From contig MU057809.1 of assembly GCA_013265495.1 (NCBI GenBank), positions 1,727,062 through 1,791,061 of the forward strand: a stretch of DNA of 64,000 nt, written 5' to 3'. The notes under the pieces are model-generated. The model saw only the letters and a program-made list of their open reading frames with translations. It was not told where the DNA came from and made no database searches. This document shows positions 24,741 through 36,384 of the stretch, piece after piece. A program made the position numbers and the translations under genes. Every line of letters begins with the position of its first letter. Position 1 is the stretch's first letter. This DNA comes from Vicugna vicugna. Its lineage: Eukaryota.

Positions 24741-25232
24741 AGCTCTCGTTTGGGACCCGATGCCTCTCGTACATCGGGGTCACGGTGGAGGCGCAAGCGC
24801 TCGGGGGGCGATCTGCTGAGCACCCCCCCAGCCAGCCTCCCGCTCAGGCGCGGCCCAGTGCAGGGTGACTTCAGGTGCCATGACACCACGCCCCGCCGTG
24901 TCTCCAGCCAGGAGGGGAGGGTGAGAGGCGTCAGCTTCGCCCTGGGACCTCCCCCACCTCCCCGAGCCAAAGAGCAGCCGAACTGCCCAAGCTTTGCGTT
25001 CCTGTACTCTCATCTCGCACTGGTTCCTGCTGAGGTGGGGAGGCTGCCAGACTGTCCCCACTTCACAGACAGGGACACTGCGTCAGGGCGTGTCCGCGAT
25101 CAGCGTGAGAGCTCCCCCCCAGGTCTCCTGGCCGTGACTTTGTGCTTTCTCTACAGGGTCCAAAACAGAACTGGAAAATCAGGGACTGACTTTCCAGCAA
25201 GAACTCATTGAGTTCAAAAAAATTTCTTTTTA

Positions 25233-25690
25233 ATCTTTCTCTGTCTGACTTATTTCACTTAGTGTGACCATCTCTAGGTCCATCCACGTTGCTGTAAATG
25301 GCAGTATTCATTCTTTTTCATGGCTGAGTAGTTTCCCATTGCATATATACCACACTTATATGTGGAATCTAAAAAAAATGATGGTAGACAAATCTTATTT
25401 GCAAACCAAAAAGAGACTCACAGACATAGAAAACAAACTATGGCTACCAAAGGGGAAAGGGCAGAGGAGGGATAAATTATGAGTTTGGGGTTAACAGATA
25501 CACATTACTGTACATAAAACAGACAAACAGCAAAGATTTACTATATAGCACTGGGAACTATATTCAATTTCTTGTAATAACATACAATGGAAAATAATCT
25601 GAAAAAATATAGGTATGTGTATGTGTAACTGAATCACTTTGCTGTACACCTGAAACTAACATTGTAAATCAACTACACTTCAATTAAAAA
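25233..25690 (+). mobile_element. 5'-truncated, 5'-inverted L1 3' end
   Basis: 25233-25352 is antisense L1 (tctgacttatttcacttag...ggctgagtag); ~25353-25690 is the sense 3' UTR (atatgtggaatctaaaa...aactacacttcaattaaaaa). Confidence 0.88.
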
Positions 25691-26174
25691 GCAATATTTT
25701 TAAAATGTTGCTTTAACCTTTACCCTGATACAGAACCTCCTCCACCCAGCAGCCAGAGTGGAGGTCATATCATGTTGCTGCTTTGCTCTGAAGCTTCCAT
25801 CCTCCCTGCTCAAAAGACTCCTCAACCCCACGACTGGAGCCAGATCCTCACTGGGCCCTGCTGGGCTCACGTGACCTGACCCCACGGTGGTCCGACCTCA
25901 TCTGTTGTCTCTGGACGTGATCTGCTCGCTATGTCCTCCTCTCCTGCCAGCTGGCCTCCCTGCGGCTCCTGGACACGCACCTGGGCCCTGCACCTGTGGT
26001 CGGGGGCCCTGCCGCAGGGCTGAATGGTTTGTACCATGGAAGTGTCACTCCACAGCTAGGCCCCCCAACCACTTTCATTAAATTTACACACCCAGCGCGC
26101 CTCCCCACCCTCTTCCCTCTTCTCTTCTAATATCTGATGTAATGGACTTACTCTTTTGTGTGTTCCTCTTCCCC

Positions 26175-26547
26175 TGTTGTGGGCTGGGTTGCGTTCCCCC
26201 CTGAAATGGACATGTTGACGCCCCAGCTGCCACTGTGACTGGATCTGGAGCTGGGGCCTTTCAGGGAGCCATTGTGGTTAGATGAGGTCGCAGGGTAGGG
26301 CTCTGATCCAACAGGCCGGTGGCCGTAGAAGAAGAGGAAGAGACACTGATGTCTCCAGAATAAGGCCACCGAGAGGACGCAGTGAGAAGCTAGCCGCCTG
26401 CAGGCCAGGGAGAGAGGCTTCACCAGAAACTCACCCGGAGGACACCTGGTCTTGCACTTCCAGCCTCCAGAACTGTGAGCAGTAAATGTGTGTCTCTCAA
26501 GCAGCCCGGGCTGCGCTCTTGTCACAGCAGCTGGAGCCGACTAGTGC
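26175..26547 (+). mobile_element. MaLR solo LTR (MLT1A-like) within L2 remnants
   Basis: tgttgtgggctgg...ggggcctttcagggag...ccagggagagaggcttcaccagaa...cttccagcctccagaactgtgagcagtaaat; flanked by L2-like 25760-26170 and 26550-26650 (gcgcttaataagtatttgctga). Confidence 0.8.
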
Positions 26548-28818
26548 ATGCCGTCACTCCGCGGGAGTGTCAGCTCCAGGGAGACGGGAGTTTGGAGTTC
26601 CTGTCTCTCGTTTGAATAACACCTACAAGGGCGCTTAATAAGTATTTGCTGAGGGCATAAGGGAATGTGTTCCCGGCTCGAACAGGGAGAGGAGGAAGGA
26701 GTCCCAGGGCTTTTGTGTGTGTCTGGTCCCACCTGGCTGCTGACGATCACTGCTTTGCCCAGTTACTTCCTGAACAGCGTTTGAGGTTCTGGCCCGTGGC
26801 CCCACGTCTGTTGCCACGAGTCTGCCTCCCTGCTTCCACCTTTGGGCAGTGGCTGAGTCTCTGGCTAATTCAGATTTTCTCGCTCTGTGTCACCAGATGT
26901 ACCAATTACCTTTTTTTTTTTTTTTTTTTAGTATTTTAAAGGTGAAAATTGCCAAGAGCTGCCAGTTACAGAGCAGGTGGGTGCCCAGTCCCCCATCTGA
27001 CTCCCGCGGCCCCACCGCGGCTACAGGACGTTGCAGTGCAAACCCGTCTGAGCTGGGAACCGGCCACATCGTGTGATGTCGAGACAGCAGAGACAGCGAG
27101 GGTCACCCCCTGCCTGACCCCGGGCTGCGCACACCGTTTATTTTCTGTGTCTGGTGCCAAAACCTGAGACACACACCATATGCCCACTTATTTCCGAAGC
27201 CTCTGGGATTCTAGGTGCCTGGGCAGCGATCACACACAGAGGGGGTGTGATCATCGCCGACACGCGGAGCGGGCCCGCGTCTGTGCGCCAGGAGGCTGCG
27301 CCATCCTTCCTGGCCACATCAAACAGACGTGTGGTGTTGGAGGTGTCATCATTCCGGCACATAGCATATGTCCTTGGAGCAGACAAGGCGCTAAATTAAT
27401 TCTAAACGCTGCTTGTAAGCTTCTTGCCGAAACACTCCCTCACTGTATAAATAGCTTTTGCGTTCCACGTTTGCTACCGCGGGCTGTCCGGAAGCCCAGA
27501 TATGCAATTCTGGCTTAATTTTTTTTATAGTACTGAGCATTCTTCAAAATAGCCCCATCTCCATAAAGGGAAATTGGGGAAAAAAATGACTAAATGCTAA
27601 GCAAAGGGACGTTTGCTGTATCTCACTTGGAGTCTCCTGTCTCAGGGCCTTGGCTCCTGAAGGATGCTCTTCCAGACTGTCTGAGGAGGGACATCTCGCC
27701 CTGGTTCCTCTCTCCTCCAGGAGAGGCTGGGTCCCCGCTGAAGCCTGCAGTCTGGCCAGGTCCTCCTCCCTGCTTCACTTCTGAGTGGGAGGTTTGCTCC
27801 AGGTTTATTCTGACCCATAGGTAACTTCACTCCTCCTCTGAGAACTTGAGGTCCGCCAGCTCTGGGACCGGAACAAGCTAGAGCCCTGGCTGGAGGACGC
27901 CAGAAGGAGATGGAAAACGACTTTCTGGGTGTGTGTGTTGGGGGAGGTGATGGTGGCAGAGGTGCGGGGCCCCTAGTCTCAGGCTGGCCTTGAGCCTTGT
28001 CCCCCCAGCTCCCCTCCCCTTCCTTCCACTCTCCTCGCCTCCTGTTCCAGCCTCTAGCTCTCCGGCTCGCCTTCCCCAGGACCACAGCCAGTCCACGTGC
28101 TTTTCGTGGGTATTAGACAAGCGCCCCACTCTGGGCACACACAGCTCTGGCTGTAGCCTTTGGATCTGGGGCAGCTGGCTCCAGGAAGAGGCCAGAGCTC
28201 TGCTGGTGACACCAGGTAGGAAAAAATGGGGCGGGGGTCGTGTGACTGACGTTTGCACAGGTGGAGGTCTGCGAGCTGCAGCAAGCCGTCCTGTTTTCAG
28301 TCTCCTCTGGGTCCAGGCTGAGAAACTGGAGGCACTGGCCTTGCTCTGGTGGCCTCGGAGCTGCCTCAGTCCCTTTGCTCGCCGGGAAATGCAGGCGTCT
28401 GTGAAATGGGGTCAGGAGATGGAGGCGTAGTGGGCGGGCGGAACCGCCCCTCGTACAATGAAACCCTTTCTTCACGCAACACAACCCTTTTATATATTGA
28501 TTTTGAAGACCATGAGTGGCTTACATTTAAAAAGAAGCCACACAATGCAGTAATACACTGTAAAAGATGTTTTTCAAATGGAACGTAGAATATGACGTTA
28601 AGTTCCCTCTCCTTCCCTTCCCTCCACTTTCTCTCTACAGAGGAGCCATTGTTAACACTGCAGTCTGCTCCTTTATGGTCTTTTTTCTACGAATTTGCAT
28701 CTGTATGCACGGGTACGTATACATGTTCAGATCCAAGGTTTGAGACAAGTGCAGTTATGTTATTTGCATTATTCTCTGACTTGATTTTCACTGAACTTTT
28801 AAATCGGTTGTCTTGGGC

Positions 28819-29108
28819 AGATGGCCACAGGCACGTGAAAAGCTGCTCAACATCACTGACTATTAGAGAAATGCAAGTCACAGCCACCGTGAGGGACCAC
28901 CTCACACCGGTCAAAACGGCCAGCATCCAAGAGCCCACAAAGGGTAAATGCTGGGGAGGGTGTGGAGAAGGGGAGCCCTCCTGCACTGCTGCTGGGCACG
29001 TGCATCGGTGCAGCCACTGTGGAGGACGGTCTGGGAGTTCCTGAAGAACCTGGAAGTGGAGCGCCCCTGGGACCCAGCAGTCCCGCTCCCGGCCTGTGTG
29101 TGGGGAGC
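28819..29108 (+). mobile_element. L1 ORF2 C-terminal fragment, strongly GC-shifted
   Basis: Encodes [29 protein letters not shown]...[17 protein letters not shown], the L1 ORF2 cysteine-rich C-terminus. Confidence 0.9.
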
Positions 29109-29919
29109 AAGCCCACGCCCCGCCACTGCTTTCCTCCCAAGCCCCGCTCTCTCCCCCGCTCATGGACGGCAGGAGCCCTTTTGCCAAAACCCGAGAGGGA
29201 CCTTCCCGCACCCTGGCCCCCCAGCCCCCCGCCGCAGCCGGCAGCTCATCTTCGTCCCCGGTTTTCTGAACCGAGGACCGTGAAGACAAGCGAAGACCGC
29301 AGAAGGGAAGGCCAGGAGAGAGGGTCTGTGGAAGGGGAAGGCGGGGCTGTGTGATACGGAGGACGGAGGGCCCACCCCCGAGGCTGGGGGCGACATACAG
29401 GACCTCCCCCTGCAGGAGCTCATGGGGCCAAGACGAGGCTGGGCTCTAACGTGGGGAGGGGAGGGGGCACCCAGGGATGGAGGAGGAAACACCCTAAACA
29501 AACAAGCGACTCTGATTCCTCGTCCGGGAGGCCCTGTCCCGCGGCCACACGCCTTCCTCTGACCTCTGTCTGGCAGCCCTCTAACCACAGGTGAGTCAGC
29601 ATATCAGCTTAAAATTGTTTGCCATACACCGGGCTGGGGAGAACGCCTTCATTCACCTGCGCCCCCCCAGCCACCTTCTTCCGGGATAGCCAGCAACCCT
29701 GGAAGTGGCGGGCGGAGCCCTGGGGCAGGTGCCTGCCTGCGGACTGGTGCGCTCTCCTGCGGGAAGAACGTGCGGCTTGCAGCTGCCTCCGGAAGGTACT
29801 GTTCCCGGCTACCGGCCATCTCTAAAGTGGGTTACGGGTGGGGAGTGAGACGCCTTCATCTCAGGATCCTGGAGCTGCAGGCTGGGCCCCTGGAGGATCT
29901 CAGCAGGAGAAGGGGCCCT

Positions 29920-30060
29920 GGGTCAGTCACCTACTGAAATCCTGTGTGATTCCAGGCTGGCTCCCCAACCCCCTCTGAGCCCCGCATCCTCATCTGTGGA
30001 AATGAGAACCTCCTTCCCGGGTGGGTGTGAGGAGAGTAAATACAGCCGTGCACTTAAGGC
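29920..30060 (+). mobile_element. MIR SINE (degenerate)
   Basis: cctctgagccccgcatcctcatctgtggaaatgag...gtgaggagagtaaat. Confidence 0.6.
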
Positions 30061-30814
30061 CCCCCGCCCGGGTCGGAGCCGCACGTCCTCTCCTGCCTCT
30101 GGGAAAGGCGCTCTCTTACTTTCAGTCTCCTCCTCACCCGGTGCATCAGCTCTAGGCCTTCGGTTTTCCCCAGGATGGGGAAGAAAGGGGCAAAACCTTC
30201 GAATGTTAAGACCTTTGAGCAGCTGCAGTTAACGTTTGGGGGAGAAAGAAGCTGGAATTATCCGCTCACTTGGATATTCACATATTCCTGGTGCCTCTCT
30301 CCTCGGCTGACCCCGCCCTGGTCGTGCTTATCTGAGAGCCTGAGGACGGTCAGGGTGCTTAATGCAACCACAAGGCAGACACCTGGGGGAAGCTAGCTCT
30401 CGCCCCAGACACCCCACACCCAGAGGACATTAACTAGAGAGGGCCGGCACAGACACAGTTCCTCTTTGGCCACGTCCCAGCCTCAGCCAGCCGTCCCCAA
30501 ATGGCCCCCATCTGCTTCTGGCCCACAGAGGTGAGCGCGGGTGAGCTCTCTGGGCCTCGGCCCATTCATCTCACTCACGGCCCTAATGCCCGAGCACATT
30601 TATGGCCCAATCAGTCCTGGTGCCTCATCTCCTTGGAGTCTCCGCTTTTTTTTTTTATCATGCAGCTTCCATATTTCCTGGTGACAAACTAGGTCATATG
30701 CATGGCAGAGGGCACTCCACAGTCACATCATGTCATAGTTATTAAACTAAATACATGCTGACCTCAGATGGGTGATTCATTCTTAATTCGAATGGGAGGA
30801 TCAAGACCAGAAGT

Positions 30815-31645
30815 GGAGACACCCCCAGATTTCCCGGCCACACACCCTTGCCTAAGGGGCACCACGTGACTGGTTTCTGGCTGATGGGCGGTGGGCAGAG
30901 ATGGCAGGTGCCACTTCTGGGCGGGAATAGTTAAATACTGGTGTGAGGTGTTCCCGCCCTCCCTTCCTTGCCGCAGAATTGTGGGGGCCACGAGCCCAGG
31001 TGCGGGGGCTGCGTGGGAAGCCGCCTGGATGGCTGAGTCACTGAAGGGAAGACTGTTTCACACGGTCGTGTGTTAATAGACCATACGAGGTACAATAATG
31101 CCCCGGTCAGGAGATGACGCCATTGGAGAGGTCATGTGTTGCTCACAGCTCCCAAGGGGAGGGGGCACGGGATGCCATGCAGGGCCACACGGGGAAGCAC
31201 CAGGAAGCACCAGGGTGGGTCAGGAGGTGGGGGGAGGGGCGCTGTGGACCAGAGCCCCCTGTGGCTTCTGCAGAAGGAATGGACAGGGCAGGGTGAGCAG
31301 GCTTGGGGCCAGCTAGTTTGGGTCATTCCAGTGGGCTCTGGGGCACAGGGGCTGTCCCTGGTGAGGAGGGCAGGGGGACAGTGGCCCAGAGCGTGAGGGC
31401 CCCTGCAGGAGGGGGTGGGGGGTGGGCTCTGGTTTGGCTGATTTGCATTTGAAAGATGTGCTCACAGGGGGTTACTTCTTCTAGGGTTATCTAACCTTGG
31501 GAGGGGCAGTCCTTCCAAGGTCAACAAAGCCCCAGCTGTAAAGGACCCGGACAACACAAAGCCGACTCATACTGGTCTTTGTAAGAGGGGTTTAACTGCA
31601 CGACGTTAGGCCGTGGAGATCTGGGGTGGACGTACCGTGTCAGGG
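30815..31645 (+). mobile_element. Old MaLR LTR (MLT1J/K-like) split by a MER74 insertion
   Basis: atttcccggcc...ccacgtgactggtttctggctgatggg...gtgccacttctggg...ctgagtcactga, resuming after ~31535 with ggagatctggggtgg. Confidence 0.55.
31054..31535 (-). mobile_element. MER74-like ERVL LTR
   Basis: caggagatgacgccattg...gcagggccacacggggaagcacc...gcaggcttggggccagctagtttg...ggtttggctgatttgcatttgaaag...gggaggggcagtc. Confidence 0.8.
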
Positions 31646-31734
31646 CACTGCTGTAGGAACACAAGGAGAAGCCGGGGAGACGGCTGTGGAGCTGAGTCTC
31701 AGCACCAGCACGGCATCTGTGAAGTTTGTTCCTT

Positions 31735-32090
31735 CGCGCATTCATTCGTACATCGAGCCAATGGTCGCTGCACACCAGCCGTGTGTCGGGCCCAGTGCTG
31801 GGTCTGGATTCACAGTGGTCAAACACTAGCCCCGCCCTCAGGGGAATTCTCAGTCTTATGAGAAAGTGAGACCTCAAAGGAGAGGGTGATAGAAGGTGAA
31901 GCCTGCCATGAAGAGGCTGGGTCTGTAGAGGAGTCAGGGAGGGTTTCTCAGAGGAGGTGACGTTTGAGTTGGGTCTTGATGGAGTTATATGAGTTCCCCT
32001 GCAGAAGCCTTGGGCGTGGATGGTCTAGGTGGTCTAGGAAAAGCATAGACAAGGCACATCTGGGCTTTGCAAAGAGTTCAGTGAGGCAAA
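31735..32090 (-). mobile_element. L2 fragment
   Basis: cattcattcgtacatcgagc...gccctcaggggaattctcagtct...gtcagggagggtttctcagaggaggtgacgtttgagttggg. Confidence 0.65.
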
Positions 32091-32094
32091 AAAA

Positions 32095-33065
32095 GACCCC
32101 ACTTTAAAAATGGGCAAAGGACCTGAATAGCTATTTTTCCCAAGAAGACCTACAAATGGCCAAGACATATATGAGAAGATGCTCAACATCACTAACCATC
32201 AGGGAAGTGCCAATCAAGCCCGCGATGAGTCATCACCACACACCTGTTAGGATGACGTATCAAAAAGGCAGGAAATGACAGGTGTTGGCCAGGATGTGGA
32301 GAAAAGGGAGCCCTTGTGTTCTGTTGATGAGAATGAAAGTTGGTGCAGTCATTGTGAAGAACAGTATGGAGGTCCCTCAGGAAATTCAGAACTACCCACA
32401 ATGATCCCACAGTGTGCTCCCACAACCCCACTTCCGGGTACACACACCAAAAGGAAGTGAAATTAGCATCTTGACGAGGTATCTGCACTGCCATGTTCAT
32501 TGCAGCATTATTTACACAGTTGCCAAGATATGGAAACACACTGTGTCCCTGGAGAGATAAACGGATAAAGAAAAGGTGGAGTATTACTTAGCCTTTAAAA
32601 AGAAGGGAATCCTGCCATCTGCGGCAAAGCGGAGGGACCCAGAGGGCACCATGCTGAGTGGGAGAAATAAGCCAGACAGAGAAGGACAAATACTGCTGGG
32701 TCTCACTTACATGTAGACTCTGAAGAAATCAAACTCATAGAATCTGACAGTAGAACAGTGGTTACCATGGGAAGTGGGGGAAGTTGGCCAAAAAGTACAA
32801 ACTTCCGGTTATCAGATAAGTAAATTCTGTGGCTTTAATGTACAGCATGGTGACAACAGTTAATCATACTGTATTAGATACTTGAAAGTTGCTAAGAGAA
32901 TAGATTTTAAGTGTTCTCACCACATGTACACACAGAATGGCGCCCGTGTGAGGTGATGGATGTGTTAACTAGATTGTGGTAATCACGTCACCTTGTGTAC
33001 ACATATTAAATGATTGCACTGTACACCTTTTAAAAATCACAGTGTACAACCTAACTATATACAGT
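32095..33065 (+). mobile_element. L1MA/MB-type ORF2 end and 3' UTR
   Basis: aaaatgggcaaaggacctgaatag...gaagatgctcaacatcactaaccatcaggga...ccatgttcattgcagcattattt...gaaagttgctaagagaatagattttaagtgttctcaccac. Confidence 0.92.
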
Positions 33066-35524
33066 TTGCGTGCGTGTGTGTGTGTGTCATTTTACCTCAA
33101 AAATCTGGGGGAAAAGAGTTCAGTGAAGCTGGAACAGAAAAGCATCAGGAATGTGGTCCAAGACACGGCTAGAAGGCCAGGTGGGTTGACATCTGAGATC
33201 ACTCTGAGAGCAGGGACATAGCTCTGGGTTTCCTGCTGCAGGCTTCTGAGGGTCTGGACCGTGGACAGACCAGGAGGTGACATAATGAGACTGGCGGTCA
33301 CAGCCTTTTCTTCTTAAGTCCCTCCTTCAGTGGCCCCTCCATCACTTTTTAGTGTTGATCCAGCCTCTCCTGTTACAGCAGGGGTAAAAAGCCCTTAGGC
33401 TCCTCTGTTCTAAGGCAGGGAAAGTAAATCCTATCCTCTCTTCTTGCATCCATGGCAGACATTACTAATCAATCAACGTTCTTCACATCAGAGGCCAGAT
33501 GGAGCCTGAGGCTTTCTCAACACAATGCTTCAGGCAACTACCACCAGATTGGCATGTATGTCAAATTATGTGTTGTTTCTGTTTTAAGGGAGTAAAGGCA
33601 TAGTGTTCTCTTTGGGAAGTATTTTCATTTGGAAAAAAAAAATGAAAAAGAACTGGTGTAGGGAGGGCAAAGTTTAAACAGAGGAATAAATCTCTAACGG
33701 TAGAATTTTAGTCAGCAGAAGTTTGGGGAGGAGAAGGGACTTCTACTTTATCCCCTCAAATCAGACTTGCCTCACCCACTCAGAAATATGTCCCGAGTGG
33801 GAACCAAGGGGACGCTCTGTTTCCTCACTGCTCTGCTTCCATTGTCACCAAAAACCTTCCTGTCCTTTGTCTTCTCGGCCAAGGTAAACACCGCGGGGCA
33901 AACGGAGAGGTTTCCATGGTAAGCTCCTCCCACGTGCTCTCCCTTTGTGTCCCCACAATGCCCACGATCTGCAGGCAAAGAATTGACTCTCAATAAATGT
34001 TTATTGATTGAATCTAAATTGCAATTTTGTCTACTGCCCTCAGGGAAGCCTAGTGGAAACCAAATTCACCCCCATCTGATGCTGAAATGCCTCCATTACC
34101 AGGAAACCAACATACAAAGCCCAGATCTGCAAGATGCATTTTTTTTTAAAGCCACAGGAATCCTGACTCACAAGGCCCCTGGGTCACAGGGATTCACACA
34201 CTTGTTCATCTGCTCTCCGGTGTGAGCCCCTAGAGCGGTGACGTGCTCACTTTCACTGCCCAGCATCCTGTGACCTGGCCCAACAGACACCATGCTCTCA
34301 ATCAGTGCCTGTGAATGAGAGAGTGAGGCTGGTCCCAGCATAGCCAGGTGAAGGAGGTGGGCTCCTACCCCCCCATCAGCAGGCGAGGCACCTACAAGTG
34401 CGGCTGGGTCGGGGGGCACTTGCAAGGCCAAGAGGGCACCAGGAAGAGCAGCTGGGAGGAGGCCGGGGGTGGGGATATGATGCATACAGTTCTGAGCTCA
34501 GTGGACTTGATGTGCTCGTGGGACTGACTTGGGGAGCTCGGGGTTTGTGGGGACAGAAACCACACCACTGTCCTAGGAACACTGTCTCCAGGGAGTCAGA
34601 CCTCTGATTCTTGGGGCAGAGGGAAGACACAAAACTGGAGGGAGAGTCAGAGAAGGGATGGGCAGAGGAGGAGAACAGGGAGAAGAAAGCGAGACTTCCA
34701 AGAGCAAGAAGGTGGTGGCTTCATCACTGGAGCAGCAAGGAGGAGAGATGCTGCCAGGGTGGGGATGCTGAATGTGGATGGTCCTCTTCACCCGGAGCCC
34801 TGTCCAGCCTGTCCTCCCGGGCCAGCCTTTGCATAGCCGTGTTTTGCACGGTTAAAATTGCTGAATTTCCACAGACTGCAACCACCCGGAGAACCAAAGA
34901 CTTTCTCCTGTTGACAACCTCTTTCTTGGGTTGCCGGGACCAGCCCCCTCTCCTGGGCTGCAGTGGGATGATTCTGGTGGGAGGCGGCAGAGGCTGGCAG
35001 GGGCCAGGTCATGGTGTTGGTTGCAGGCTAGGCTGCAGGGCTCTGCCCTGTCTGCCTGGGGAGCCTTGGAGGGTGCAAAGGCTGCTTGTTGGAAAGCTCG
35101 TTTCAGGCTAGGGTGGAGAAGGGCGCAGAGGGAGGGCAGAGGGTTTGCAGCTGCCGGGAGGACTCTGCTGCCAGTTGCCGGACACCCTCCTCCACTGGCC
35201 CCTGGTCTCCAGTTCTGAGCCTGCTGTAACCTTGTGTGTCTCACCGCTGCTTTGACATCAACCTCTGACCCGGGGGCTTTTGATTGTTTGCAAAGTGTAT
35301 CCCTGCTTCTTTGCAATGTGACTGCCAGGGTCTTCCATTCAACAGGTAGAATCCACGTCCCCACCCATGGAGCCTCCGGGACTTGCATTGGCTAATAGAA
35401 TTTGGCGGAAGTGACACGTGGCAATTCTAAACCTAGGCCCCTTGAGGTTTTGCATGCTTCTACTCTCTCTTTTGGGACTCTGCAGCCACCATGTGAATAA
35501 GCCAGGGCTAACCTATTGGCTAAC

Positions 35525-36030
35525 CTGTATTTGTTATCAGTTATCACGTGCTGCATAACAAATTACCCCAAACCAAGCAGCCTAAAACAACGTGCATTTA
35601 TCATCTCACAGAAAGTGGATCAGGAGTCAAGGCTCAGCTTAGCTGGGTCCTCTGGTGTGGAGTCTCTTCCAAGACAGCACTCAAGGGGTCAGGTGGGGTC
35701 AAAGTCATGACCTAGTTCACCTGGAGCAGAATCTGCTGCCAGGATCAGTTAACAGTTATTGGTAAGATTCAGTCTTCGGGCCATTGGCCAGAGCCAGGCC
35801 CCAGGCTGTTGCCCTATAACTTCACTGTAGGGCAGTTCACAGCTTGGAAGCTGGCATTGTCAAGATGAGAGAGAGAGAGAGAGAGGGAGAGAGAGAGAGA
35901 GAGGGAGAGGGCTGTCACGACGGAAGTCAGGCTCACATAAACCTCATGTCGGAAGTGACATCATCACTTTGGCGGTAATCTGTTCATTAGAGGTGGGTCA
36001 GTGGGTCAAGCCCACGCTCAAGCTTGTTGG
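35525..36030 (-). mobile_element. MaLR LTR (MLT1F/G-like) containing a (GA)n tract
   Basis: gctgcataacaaattaccccaaacc...cctaaaacaac...ggctcagcttagctgggtcctctg...ggaagtgacatcatcactttg. Confidence 0.75.
35866..35910 (+). repeat. (GA)n microsatellite
   Basis: gagagagagagagagagagggagagagagagagagagggagagg. Confidence 0.95.
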
Positions 36031-36384
36031 GAACTGCCTCTCCCATGAGGCTTCCTTGGACCCTCCTGCCTTGGGGATGTCCCTTTGACCCCACAGCATG
36101 TGGTGCCTGTACCACCACTTGGCATTTCTCACTCCCCTTCAGGAACATCTGGTCTTGTGTTTGGCACGGCCTGGCACCAACACTGGTCTCGGTGTGAGAT
36201 CTTTCTCACCAACCCATCTGGCTTCTTTTTCCCCGTGAAAGACACTAGAACACAAGTTCCAGGCATTGTTTCCAACTCTGTGTCCCCTGGCTCACCCAGA
36301 ACCAAACGTCTTCCATTTGCAAGAACATCAGGAGTGATGTAGCTCTGAGGCCCCTCTGTGTATTACACAGGTGTGACTGTTGAA

